Made by a program: the position numbers and the translations under genes
Assembly: GCA_964188305.1 (NCBI GenBank)
Contig: OZ076895.1
Strand: one strand, 5' to 3'
Length of the DNA stretch: 64,000 nt
From: Podarcis bocagei
Taxonomy: Eukaryota
Part shown: positions 14,008-25,636 of the stretch, piece by piece
Numbering within the stretch: position 1 is the stretch's first letter
Layout: every line of letters begins with the position of its first letter
Notes under the pieces: generated by a model
Seen by the model: the letters and a program-made list of their open reading frames with translations, nothing else
Database searches by the model: none
What the model was told of the DNA's origin: nothing

Positions 14008-14807
14008 AGTGCGATACAGAGAGCCTTATGAGTGTATTGTACATAGTCAGTGCACAAGCAGCACACATACAATGTAACATTCCATATACCCATGTAGTAC
14101 AGTATTTAATTGCTTTTTAAAAAAGCAAGTTTTAGAGGTGGCTACATGAAAACCTGTGGCTCTTTGGTAATCCCCTCTTAAGGGGCTAACGTGTGTCCAA
14201 ATTTCATGCACCTTTGCAAAAATACAAGAGAAGAAGGAGAAGGAGAAGCTATAGCTTCCCAATGCAAGTCAGTGGGATTTCTGCAGATTTGCTTTTACCG
14301 GATCACAATCCAGATCCAGGGCTCGGGGCAGTTCAAGATTGTCTCGAATCTAAATTGGTGTATCAGGGCCCAAACTGGCTTGGTGGAACAGCCGGGATTT
14401 CCTGCTCAGGGCCAGCCCAAGGCAAGTTGAAGCTTGAGGTGAAGGACAATGTAGTCCCCACCCTCCACAGACAAAATAGGATGGTCACATGCAAAAGGTG
14501 AAAGGGGGCCCTTAGCTATAATCTGTTAAGATACCTCTTGCACCAAAGGTGGAGGACCCCATTTCCAGGCCCGTGCAAAGCTTGTCTGAGGTGGGAAGTC
14601 TTGTTAGAATAAAGTTATAAAGTAGAAGACAATGACAAAGGAGGAGGAGGAGGAGGAGGAGGAAGCGGTCAGTACATGGTGGGGGAGGCCTCTGGCTGGC
14701 TTAGCCCTCCGAGGCCCAAGCAAGTGTACCCGGCTGACTTTCCTCTCTGCACGGGCCTCCCCAATCCTCATTTACACCTGAACCCTCTACGACAGAAACT
14801 GACTGTA

Positions 14808-15035
14808 CAGTTGTACTTTGGTTCTCGAACAGAATGCATTTCGGGAGGCTGTTCGACTCCCGGAATCATTTGAAAACCAAAGTGTGGCTTCCAATTGGCT
14901 GCAGGAAGCTCCAATCAAAAGCCACGGAAGTCGTGCCGGACGGTCAGCTTCCGAAAATTGTTTGAAAAGCAGAACACTCACTTCCGGGTTTTGATTGTTT
15001 GGGAGCCAAGGCATTCAGCTACCAATGTACAACTG
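14808..15035. mobile_element. Tc1/mariner (Tigger/pogo-like) MITE
   Basis: TA|cagttgtac ... gtacaactg|TA; related to the copy at 37035-37285. Confidence 0.7.
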
Positions 15036-15404
15036 TACTAGTAGTTAAATATTACTTCAACATTATTATCGGCACAGCACCCCCCCCCCCACTGTACTTC
15101 AAGGCAGGAAGCTAGCTTTGAAGGGCAGGGCAGGCCATACGGTCCACCTAACTCCAACCTTCCAGCATCTCGCCACCACACAAGAGTAACTGATCTGCTA
15201 GTGCAGGGATGGCGAGCCCCTCAGATGTTGTTGGACTTTAACTCCCACCATTCCTAACTATTGGCAGTGCTGGTTGTGGCTGATGGGAGTCATAGTGCAA
15301 CAGCATCTGGAGGGCTACAAAAAATCAAAGTGGAAGGAGTTTGCACTAGGCTTGTAAAAAGCAAGTCCATTTCTGAGTGCCCCAAGCTTCCATTAGGCCT
15401 GATC

Positions 15405-15562
15405 GACAGTGGAATTTGCTGCCAAGGAGTGTGGTGGAGTCTCCTTCTTTAAGCAGAGGCTTGACAACCATATGTCAGGAGTGCTCTGATGGTGTTTCCT
15501 GTTTGGCAGGGGGTTGGACTCGATGGCCCTTGTGGTCTCTTCCAACTCTATGATTCTATGAT
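15405..15562 (+). mobile_element. CR1 LINE 3' end fragment
   Basis: gggggttggactcgatggccc..ttccaactctatgattctatgat, the CR1 (ATTCTATG)n tail. Confidence 0.75.
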
Positions 15563-16139
15563 GCTGATTTTGATAATGATGCTCTAAATCATGAAGAGTT
15601 GGGATACCTTTGCCAGTCACAGAACAAAATCTATGGCATTTTCTTTCTTTCTTTTAATTCAATAAACACTGAATTGCCAGAACGGCTTCAGTTTTCCCAA
15701 GTTGTGTGTCAGGACCCCGTAACCACCCCCTCAAAGATGAATAAAACACCAGGACACAGAATATTTGGTTAATGTTATTGGGCAAATATTGGCCACAACT
15801 TTATTGGTTACAGAATGTGAGCAGTATTGGCTTAGGCATTGAATAGACCTGACTATATCTGACTCCTGCCCGTTGCTCAGGGAGTCCGGTAAGGGTAAAC
15901 CACTGGAAGGGGGAGCCCCGTTGATACAAACCAACTCAAACTCCCCCAGGGTTCCCACAGGGGTGGTGGCATGGCCCTAGCCCCGCCCCGGGCTTCGGAC
16001 AAGATCCACACCCCGGATTCCTTTAACAGAATATCCTTAAGCTTGGAGGGGCAGGTGATGACCACACCTCACCTCCCCATCATAAGGTCATCCAATGCCT
16101 AACCACCACAAGAGCCCAAAGACTCACCGCCAAATACCC

Positions 16140-16713
16140 TCACACCTGTAAGCAATCCTTCACGCCCTCTGCAATATCGGCCAACCAGATATCATTTCCC
16201 CAATCGGAAAGGTGTTCGCCATCATCTCAAAATAGGGCCATCTTGCTGTAAACAATGGTGGGGTGCGCAATCACCCGGCCACCCAGCATGTGCACTTTCT
16301 GTGTCAATGAACAATTCAAGCATTTTTGGATATGATCTGTTGCAGCTGGGCAATCACTGCCATGCCAGATGCGTCTTTCCAGAAGCTGCGACCAAATAAG
16401 AGTCATTTTGGGGAAGTTCAGAGCCATATAGTCCAAGTCCTTTTTGATATTTGAGAGCAAGTCCATGCCTTTCCGACTCAGCAAATCGTTTTCTCCCAAC
16501 TGCAAAACCAAAGCATTGGGAGAGCTCTGCGCATCAGCCTTGGTCCTCACAATTGGCAGCATCTCCTTCCATTGCATCCCACACCTTGATATCCAAGAAA
16601 TACGGATGTGCTCAGGAAAACCCAGGTGGCATCCCAGGCCACTGGCAACCGCCTATGCACAGGCCCAATGGATGATACTGTGTCCCGCGATCCAGATCTC
16701 AACACACTTTGCC
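16140..16713 (-). pseudogene. SGNH/GDSL hydrolase ORF of the Ngaro-like element (two in-frame stops)
   Basis: One frame: IWIAGHSIIHWA (block I), RCGMQW (II), LQLGENDL (III), DDGEHLSDWG (V); stops at 16653-16655 and 16227-16229. Confidence 0.82.
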
Positions 16714-16756
16714 CTTGAAACGTAAAGTAACAGAGCAGTGTAAGCCATAGGCCTGC

Positions 16757-17647
16757 TTAAAATAAGGAGCTGCCACTGCCACAGGTATAACCTTTGTACG
16801 CATTGGATCGCCACCGCCCCATGTCTTTTATCCTGTCCGCTGGAAACCCCAGTGGGCAGCCATTGTAGCGGCCCCAATCCTAAATGAGTGAGTGGCGTAT
16901 TCCCTAGCCAGAAGACCACACGCTTCGATAGCTCTCTGTATTACACAAGTAAACTGCTGTCTAGCTAGACAGGTCCCATCCTCATGCACGAGGAAAGGAC
17001 CTGGACCAGGGGGCCTAAGATAGAGAAACCTTTTAGTATCCTTCACTGGGCAAGGACCCCTTTGCATGGTCACTGGCAGACGGACCAGTGCACCCTTTCC
17101 TTTCTGGCTCTGTTTTCGAGCGACGAATACAAACTACCAACTCAGTGTCAGAAAGCTGAATATCGTTGAGCTGCAAGCCTCACGGTGAAGGACCTGGCTC
17201 ACCTTCTTGGACCACTTCCCCCACTCTTAGGGCGCCAAAAAAATGCAATGGAATAAGCAGCTGAAAACAATCGGGACTCATATTTGGACCAGCAAATTGA
17301 ATTGAATTTATTGCATATTCTACTAAGGGGATCAAATGTAATGAGCCTACGCCCATCCCCGCTTCGTGGTTGCAATCTACGCCAACCTTCAAGCGCCCTG
17401 CGCACCACAAACTCAACACATGGGTCCGTGAAGTAAAAAGGAGATGGCAGCCGCCTGGATTCTTAAGGTTTTTGCTGCACAACCAAGGTTGCGCAGATGA
17501 ACCAAGTATTGCAGCACATGGTCAATTGTTGGGGGGCGTGTGATGCCTAATACCCGATGACTGTGCACGATAGGCTAAGAAATTGGACCAAGCTCTTGTA
17601 TAGGGCCTAAGTGTAGAAGATACAACTGAAGCCAATACTCCCTGCAT
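16757..17647 (-). pseudogene. Tyrosine recombinase ORF of the Ngaro-like element (frameshifted)
   Basis: MQGVLASVVSSTLRPYTRAWSNF.., VRRALEGWRR, FFGALRVGEVV, CPVK, HSFRIGAATMAA, GRWRSNAYKGY. Confidence 0.85.
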
Positions 17648-18215
17648 CACGTCTCGTTTCCAAGGCTCCAGAGATGCTCCAGGAATGGTTCTGGAACTGC
17701 TGTGCCTCTGGGGCTAACAACCGGAAGCGGTCCATCTGAAATCGAGATAGCGCATCCGCAACATCATTATTAATTCCAGGAATGAATTTTGCTGAAAATA
17801 TAATGTTAAATTGGAGGCACCGCCAGACAAATGATCGAAGCAGAGCGGACACCCTTTCTGAGCGTGATGATTGCCCAGGCTGGTTGTCGGTCCAAAAGCA
17901 GACGCGGTGATCCCGGAATTCCTCAGTCCAAAGGTGAACAGCTACTAATATTGGGGGAAATCCAAGAAGGTCAAATCACGGATAATGGCCTTACCACACC
18001 AGCTAGCAGGCCATTGCTGTGCACAGCAGCGCCCCCTGAAGAATACACCAAAGCCCAAGGATCCTGCAGCATCTGATTGCACCTGAAAATCTGTGGAACA
18101 GAAGCCAAACCTGGAGATCTCCTTTTACTGATTTTGGGAGGCGCACCCTATGATGTGGTGATTGAAGTCTGGCAGATAGCCTTGCCAGCTGAGAGCAGAA
18201 AGGGCACCCCGGCTC
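17648..18215 (-). pseudogene. RT-connection / RNase H remnant of the Ngaro-like element
   Basis: PHHRVRLPKSVKGDLQVWL, SDAAGSLGFGVFF, CFWTDN, LLRSFVWRCLQFNIIFSAKFIPGINNDVADALSRFQMDRFRLLAPEA. Confidence 0.85.
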
Positions 18216-20261
18216 GCGCCTCCGCTTAAATGGTCCCAGCCACACACCCCCAGCCAGCCAGTGAATTGGCTGGCTGGTTGATGACAAGGCCAGGATCCTC
18301 CAGGCAACGCGGGACTTCGTCCCCTGCCCCCGGAGGAGAGTAGGTGGCCATGTGGCCCACTGCAACTCCTCCCCACAGTTAAGTGGAGCAGACTTCCCTT
18401 CCTGAAGAGAGAGAGAGAAAAGGCAAGGCAAGAGGTTAATTTCCCCTGGCTTTGGAGTCGTGGCTTTTGGCAGTACGTGGGCCTTGCAGTGTGTGTGTGA
18501 AATATGAGCTGAAACAGTGCTGCCGTATTAAAAACAGGGATGAAACACAAGGAACCTGCATGGAGGCTGCATTCCTGCTGAGCCTAAAGGATGCTATGAT
18601 TTCTACCTCATAATTATCTCCCAGAGTGTGAGCAGCTTTTCAATTGCCTTCTTTTTTCCCCTCCCACACCACTAGGAATGCTCATTTAATATCTATATTC
18701 TTTAAGTGAAATAGCAGTGGGCATGACTTTAAGTACTCGGGTGATTTTGGAGAGCAACACTTATATGCACCATTTAAAAAGGGGGGAAAGTAATCTAAAA
18801 GGTAAAAATGGGGAAGAAAGCAATGGGATAGTTTGTCATTTTTATTTATTTATTTTGTGATACCTTGTGTAGCTCTGTCATACTGAAAATACAGCATAAT
18901 AGCTGGCAGGGGTGGGGAGCAGGCAGAAAAAATCTATCCCAAGTCTTCTAAGCATCTCTTTTAAGCAGAAGTTGTAGACCATGAAAACGGCCTGAGTGGA
19001 TTTGCACCTTAATCTGAAATGCATTAGCTGAATATTTTTGGGATCAGTCTGTCATATCGAAGCTTGTCAGGAGGCAGGACAAATCAGAGTGGTGAATCAG
19101 TCCTCAGAAAGCAGAAAAGGGAAATGGCTTGTTTCCTGCTAGATCTGAGGAACTTGAGGTAGAGGATGGTAGATTGCAGCTGAACATTAGAAGCAACTTT
19201 GTAGGAATATGAACAGGGAAAGAATGGTAGAGCAGATGCCCAGAGTCAATTTCTGGCATCTCCAGGTAGGTTTGGGAATGACTCTGGTCTAAATCCCTCT
19301 CTAGAGAGCCACTGTCAGTCGGCATAGACCATAGATGAGGAACATGTAGTTCTCCAGATGTTGCTGGAATGCAGCTCCCATTATCCCTGGCTATTGGCCA
19401 TGCTGATGGGAGGCTGATTGGAGTTTCAGTCCAACAGCATCTGGAAGGTGATAGATTCTCCATCCCTGCAGTAAAAGATCATTCCCTGTGTTCCTTCTAA
19501 AAGCAGTTCAACAGCAGTACCATTTTTCTAGGATGCTGGTGGACTTCTTATTGCTGGAGAACTCCAAGCAGAAGCTTGACAGCGCTGGATTTCCAGTATC
19601 AAGCAGGGAATTGAATTAGATAGCCTACAACAAATTCTACGATATTGGCCCATGCAACAAACTGTCATTGCAAAGGGGCAGGTTCAAGGAAACTCCTGAA
19701 ATATCTTCCGTATCATATGTTGTCACAAAAGATCCCTGGATTTCTAAAGAAACCCACCTCCCTCTTGCATTCAGTGAAGGTTATTGCAATTAGCATCATG
19801 GTTATGAAATGAGCTGAAGGGATCAAGCATACTTAATAAAAAAAATGCATCCAGTTCTAGGAAAATACCACTGCCTATTATATTGTACATCTCATGGCTT
19901 GGCTTTGCCAACAAGACATTGTATCTCATCCTAAGCAATTTATCATTTCTACAACAGGAGTAAGTAAAAAACAACATGGGCTGCATAATGCACTGTATAA
20001 CAACTCTCTAATGTTTTGTTCCATTGTTATTTTGTATTTTCTTCCAATTATAGCTATGGAACAGCCTTGGGTGCCATTTGGTGCAAAGAAAGGATATAAA
20101 TTAAGCTACTTAAGTTATTTTGAATAATAATATTTAATAATAATTTGTTAATTATAGCTATAGTTCTAATTACTTGAAGAAGAAGAAAGTTCAGTTCTTT
20201 ATCATCAAATTGTCACAAATGTTTACTTGACCAACCTTGGCTGCATTTACTGAACACTTAC

Positions 20262-20362
20262 AGGGTGATCTGCATCCAGTTCAGAGCCGTACATTAGAAC
20301 TCTTTGGGAACATTTGTCTAATTCAGCAATCTTCCTGGGGAACCAAGGAACACAGTCAAGCT
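20262..20362 (-). CDS. TPH2: Tryptophan hydroxylase 2, exon 4
   Basis: ctccag|..|gtaagt; [34 protein letters not shown]. Confidence 0.97.
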
Positions 20363-20466
20363 CTGGAGGAAATACAGAGTGATTGGAGGCATCAGATTCT
20401 CACTGCTTCTTCACAAAGCTTTGCTAATTTCAAGACAAATTTTGAAAGAGAAAACAATAGCCTTGC

Positions 20467-20650
20467 CTTCCTCATCGGTCCAGATGTTTTCCGGTGGATT
20501 CAGAGTTACAATGTTCGTTTCATACTTTAACAACTGAATGAGCTCATTGAATTCTTTCTTGCTACAGTCACAGTCCACAAAAATTTCTACCTCTGAACTC
20601 CTTCTCTTGGATTTTCTTGATTCAATATGAACCATACTCACATGCTTCTC
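20467..20650 (-). CDS. TPH2: Tryptophan hydroxylase 2, exon 3 (GC donor)
   Basis: ctacag|..GAAG|gcaagg; [61 protein letters not shown]; 184 nt, phase 1 matches exon 4. Confidence 0.95.
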
Positions 20651-21244
20651 CTGTAGACAGAACGAAAGATTGGTTCATTGACTCACTGAATTCATTTAGA
20701 AGAGAAGTGGTTTAATGGGTGTTCTGAACAGGATGTAGTTTAATGTGCATATAAAGGCATTTGAGTTAAGAAAATCCTTCATCTGTATTAAATTACTTAT
20801 TTGTTATTTTTAGTTCAATAAGTGTGCTGTAAAATTACGCCTGTATTAATTGCTCCATTTTATTAGATATCTGAAAACTGTAACTATTGTAGGATGATTA
20901 AAGGTGATTTACCATGGCCATTTCTTATAAAACAGGTGTTCACTGTAAAAAAAAATTATACTATTCAATGCCCAATTTATAGACAAGTTAAATTAATGGG
21001 CAAGAAATGAAATAGTGTGAAGATACAAGAAAAGTATTTATTTCAATCTACTTTAGCCTAACTGAACACTGTTACCCCACTTTGCTATCAGCAATAATCA
21101 AGATAACATGCCAAATAGCATTCATAAACATATTACAAAGAAACAGCCACATCAAGAGCATGGAAACAATATTCTGTTCTGCAACAAAGTAGTTGCTTTT
21201 TCACATATTCACTTCAAGTGCCATGTGAAAAAGTAACTAATGAT

Positions 21245-21901
21245 TGTCATGAACTGGCAGGGCAACGGGGAGGAGGAAGAGGATCCTGGCATGGGATGTA
21301 GCCAGGACTGGGACACACCACGGCAAGCAGGGGGTGGCAAAGGAAGTACTCACAGGCCGATGGAGGATGGTGAAGGAATGCAGTTCAATGCACAGGAACC
21401 AGAGCAGCAGGACCCATCACCAGAGACAGAGGACTCCCTACCCCACAAACAAGGTGGGTTCTGAGGCATAGGGAGTAGCAAGAGGGGTGCTATTGAAGGC
21501 TGAGCCAGGCAAGAGCCCACAGCCCAGCTCCCTAGTTGGCCAGGTGGAGCTTGCTAGCTCTGGAAGTAGGTGCCTGGTTCCTCAGCTGGAGTAGGCTTGG
21601 AACAGGTGAGGGTCACATGTCTCATCAAGCACAGGTGCTGCAATCTGCATGCAAAGTATGAAAGGGCAGCAGAGCTAAGGTGCTGTGTCTGCTCTACTGC
21701 CCATGTTGATGGACTTTGGCTTGGGACTGTGTCTGGGTTTGACGCTGGACTGTATCCTGACTGCTGGACTTCATATTTGGCCTACTTGGATTGACCCTGG
21801 ACTGTGTTCCCTGACCTTTGGACTTTGCTCGTGTGGCTTGACCCCCAGACTTTGGACTTGACATACTGACCTGCTGCCAGATAGGCTGGAGGTTCAGGGC
21901 A
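21245..21901 (+). mobile_element. Solo LTR (Gypsy-like), 657 bp
   Basis: TGTCATGA...CAGGGCA termini flanked by 5-bp TSD ATGAT (21240-21244 and 21902-21906); strand tentative. Confidence 0.7.
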
Positions 21902-22094
21902 ATGATGGAGCTAGGTGTATTGACACCAGGAGGATATTGACACCTGAGATAATCTACAGAGTCTGCCCACCCTTGTACCTGCTGACCAAATATCCGAGGG
22001 AAAGAGCCAGGCCTCAAATGTCAACCTCACAATCCAATAGATTCCTGCGGAAGGGGGAAGTTCTTCAAGTATTCTGTTCTCAGGCTGTTTAGAG

Positions 22095-22293
22095 TATTGG
22101 TAGGCAAACTAAAGCCCAGGGGCCGGATCTGGCCCAATCACCTTCTAAATCCTTTTGTTTAAAATGCATCTCTGGGTTATTTGTGGGGCTTGCCTGGTGT
22201 TTTTTCATGAGTAGAATGTGTGTTTTTATGTAAAATGCATCTCTGGGTTATTTGTGGGGCATAGGAATTCATTAATCCCCCCAATAGATAGAT

Positions 22294-22354
<61 letters not shown>

Positions 22355-22424
22355 TCTGCCCCCCCCCCACAAGGTCTGAGGGACAGTGAACCGGTCCCCT
22401 GCTGAAATACTTTGCTGACCCCTG
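22095..22424 (-). mobile_element. hAT-like non-autonomous element containing a (GATA)n array and an internal duplication
   Basis: Reverse-complement match to 11491-11742; (GATA)n at 22286-22353; taaaatgcatctctgggttatttgtgggg occurs twice. Confidence 0.7.
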
Positions 22425-22817
22425 GCTTTAGAGCTTTCAGACCAGCAACAAATTGGTAGCCAGTGAAGGGAGGGGTGTGATCCAATCAATAGGCCCTACA
22501 TAAAATTCCAGCAGCTGCATTTTATACCAATTGGAGACAGTCTGGAAACTCCAGAGGTATCTTCGCATATAGTAGTCTAATTGGGATATAACTAAGGCAT
22601 GAAAGGGCTGAAACCAGGTCTGTGTTTCTCTAAGGCTGCAGCCAGTGCACTAGGTGAAGTCAGCAAACGGCATATTTAGCTACTGGCCCCAGGATAGCAC
22701 TGGGTCCAGGAGTACCCTCAAGCTGAGACCATGATCTTTCAGTTTCTTCTTCTTGTCTGGCTCAAGCTTCAAATTAACAGCTATCAATACACAAAGTGTC
22801 TTGGGATTTAAGTAAAC

Positions 22818-23151
22818 CAGGGCCAGTCCGATATATTTTGGCATGTTAGGCAAGCCACAAAATAGCAGGGGGCACAAGGGAAGAAGTGGGGAGTGAAGCT
22901 CTATAGCGGGAACTAGGGGGCGGGGAGGACACCAACAGCGCATCCTATTCACCAATAGGTGAATAGAGGTGGCATGAGGGGGCTTGCCATGAAGGCTGCA
23001 CACTCGGCCTCCAAGGAGTGTGCCACGGCCATTGATGCCACCACAGAGGCAGCACAAACAATGCATTCCTTGGAGGCTGGGTTTGCTACCACTGTGGATC
23101 CTGCCACCCGAGGCGGTCGCCTCACCTTGCCTCATGGGAAGGCCGGGCCTG
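22818..23151. mobile_element. hAT-like non-autonomous element
   Basis: cagggccag ... ccgggcctg termini; 8-bp TSD aagtaaac / aaataaac. Confidence 0.65.
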
Positions 23152-23224
23152 AAATAAACACATAATAGATCCACACAATAGATTTTTCCAATCACCTGTT
23201 TTAAAAAGGTGGGGGGGGGGTTAC

Positions 23225-23377
23225 CTGGAAAAGTCTGAGAGCTTTCACCAAACCACCAACTTCATTTTTCAAAGAAAACACCACTGCGGTCTTTCCTCCT
23301 TCTGATGTTGATTCATTCTTGCTTGCACCTTTATTGTCCTTTTTATCATCATTTTTACCAGAACTGGTTCTGTTTAG
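23225..23377 (-). CDS. TPH2: Tryptophan hydroxylase 2, exon 2
   Basis: tttcag|..|gtaacc; [51 protein letters not shown]. Confidence 0.97.
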
Positions 23378-24433
23378 CTGAAAGAAAATACATTGCAAAA
23401 TAGAAGGGTTTCTGTGCGCACCTCAGAAAACGTTAAGCTTTCCTTTCAAGCAGACTGTTCTTGCTTGATTTTAGTATTGAGATATCTCCTACAAGAGAGG
23501 TTCTTTTCCCTTTTGAAAGGCGTGCTCAGGAGAAGAATTGCAGGTTACAAGCAGACATGAATGATTACTCTTTCAGAAAAGATCAATGAAATAGCATCAT
23601 GGAGCATGTTATCCTACTGCTACAACTTTGGTTATTATAATTCTTTAATAAAACTCCGGCTTGGATCTTCTGCCAATGAGAAATCAAACTTCACAAGCTT
23701 TGCAGAACAACTATGGTTCTTGAGCTCCGCATTATAAACTCAAATGTGAGTCACACATAGAACATTACAAAATTTCATGATTGCACCTTTGCTTGATTAC
23801 CTATTATTGGATGGAAATGAAAATTGCACTTTTATATCTTGTTCTCCCATTGAAGCATTTCCACATCTGTGGGGGGTTTGGGGGGGTGGGGGCTTTGGGT
23901 GAAGGTTAGAGGTCACTTTACAGCCCTTTTTGTCAAAAAGGAAAGTGGCACCATTTTGGATAAGCCAAATGAAAGACTAGCTATGATTTTTTGTAATAGA
24001 AAAAATAGTTGTGCTTTAGTAATGGCTTTGGAGTTTGGAAAGATCTTCCTCTTTAGAGCATGGAAAATCAGTAAATGGTCTAACGAGATTTGTGAGGCAA
24101 GGTGGCCTTTTGCAGTGGATGGTGAACCCTGAGAGACGCCTGCTATCTGCATTTTGCCTTCATCTCAGAAGTCTCCCTCTGGAACAATCCTGCCTTGTAT
24201 ATTTATGATAGTTTTGTTTTTTAATACTAATGATCCTAAGTGAAGAGGAGATGGCAGGTGAAAATGGTTAAACAATACAAAATTATTCCATAGATACTCA
24301 ATTTATCTTTTGCCGTCCTTGTAGAGATTCAATAGAAATGTAGCCTTATGGAGACTAAGGCTATAAATGCTAGTAGCCACAATGTCCTACCTCCACTGTG
24401 TGTCTCTGAATACAAGTTGCTGGAATCAAGTAC

Positions 24434-25150
24434 AAACATAAGAAGAGCTTGCTGGATCAGACCAGTGGCCCATTTAGTCCAGCATTCTGTTTTCATGATG
24501 GCCAACCAGAAGCCTTTGGGAAGCCCCGCAAGCAGGACTGGACCTGAGCTGAACAACATTCTCCCCTCCCAGCAACCACCAATCAGAAGCATACTGCCTC
24601 GGTGTCAGGAGTCCAGGTTCCCAGCTTGATAACACAGTTACCGTAGATAATTAAAAAGGAGGATTTATTGCAAAAACAAACAGATAGCTCCGGACGGCTC
24701 TAACAAAGTCTCCAGCACCATTACTCAAGATGACCCTTCTGAAGATTCCTTCCTGTGTCTACAGAATATATTGAACCAACGCCCTTTGTGTCTTTTTGTT
24801 TTGCTTCCTGTCTAGAAGCCCTCCTATTCGCCGACTCCTTAGAGAGATTGGATTAGTGCCAACCTCTTCCTTTTCCGACAAACTGTCTCCTTGTCTATTT
24901 GAGCTTCTGGCGAGCTTTGGCTGTGTTCTAGCCTGCTCTCAGCTACTGTCTTATCAGCTCGCCCGTCAAGGTCAGGAAGAGCCAAATTCTGCAGCTGCCG
25001 GCTCTCCCTTATCTGACTAACATCAAAGCCTCCCTGTTCCTGGCTGCTTTCTGCATTTGGCTGAAAACCTTTGCTTGGAGCTGGCTCATTCCTGACACCC
25101 AGATAGTGGAGACAGAACATAGTTAGTAGCCATTGACAACCTTATCCTCA
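24434..25150 (-). mobile_element. CR1-type LINE 3' end, interrupted by a solo LTR
   Basis: aacataagaagagcttgctggatcagaccagtggcccatttagtccagc; continues after the LTR as atagtggagacagaacatag. Confidence 0.55.
24603..25097 (-). mobile_element. Solo LTR, 495 bp
   Basis: Perfect inverted termini TGTCAGGA...TCCTGACA; minus-strand AATAAA near 24664 and TATA-like box near 24767; decayed TSD ctcgg / cccag. Confidence 0.75.
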
Positions 25151-25306
25151 CAAGTGGGGAGAGTGCTATTGGGCTCAGGTCCTGTTTTCGGGTTTCTCAG
25201 ACATTTGGTTGGCCACTGCAAGGACAAGATACTGGACTAGGTGGGCCATTTGCCTAATCTTGCAGACTCTTTCTTAATGTTCTTGTGCTTGCTTCTCTTT
25301 GCCAAC

Positions 25307-25636
25307 TGTTATGTACTGAGTTGAATAGGATCCAAACTGAAGCAGTCTGATTGGTCCTAGAACAATAGGATTCAGAATGCAGCAGTCTGATTGGTCCTAG
25401 AACAATGCAGCAGTATGATTGGTTGGCAGGAACCACCCAATCATGCTCCAGATATAAGTGAATCCACAACCTGATTGGCTTACAGTAGAATTCCAGAATT
25501 AGCCAATCATGTGCAGCCCATTGTGTAAATAATGTATATAAAGCAGATACTTTGAGGGGACTTTCATTCATTCCTCCTCACCACTATGAGCTGAATAAAG
25601 AGCATGAAATCACTCTGCGACTCTGAGTATATTTCA
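25307..25636 (+). mobile_element. Solo LTR, 330 bp, with intact promoter and polyA motifs
   Basis: TG...CA; perfect 5-bp TSD CCAAC; six CCAAT/ATTGG boxes; TATATAAA 25535-25542; AATAAA 25594-25599. Confidence 0.85.

Larger units (their letters stand above)
15706..18355 (-). mobile_element. Degenerate, internally deleted Ngaro/DIRS-group tyrosine-recombinase retrotransposon (RNase H - YR - SGNH hydrolase)
   Basis: RNase H motifs DAAGSLGFG..TDN..PGINNDVADALSRFQ; YR motifs FFGALRVGE, HSFRIGAAT, GRWRSNAYKGY; SGNH ORF; 3' aataaagttgtggcc motif. Boundaries approximate. Confidence 0.88.

Noticed and set aside
16140-16713. SGNH ORF as an independent host gene or a wholly new system
   Set aside because: It has two in-frame stops, is embedded in a YR retroelement, and Ngaro elements with hydrolase ORFs are already described
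22177-22489. ORFs with YLSI repeats
   Set aside because: Translation of a (GATA)n microsatellite inside a hAT element
25340-25430. Spaced direct repeats resembling a CRISPR array
   Set aside because: Only 2-3 units inside a eukaryotic solo LTR; these are tandem CCAAT-box duplications
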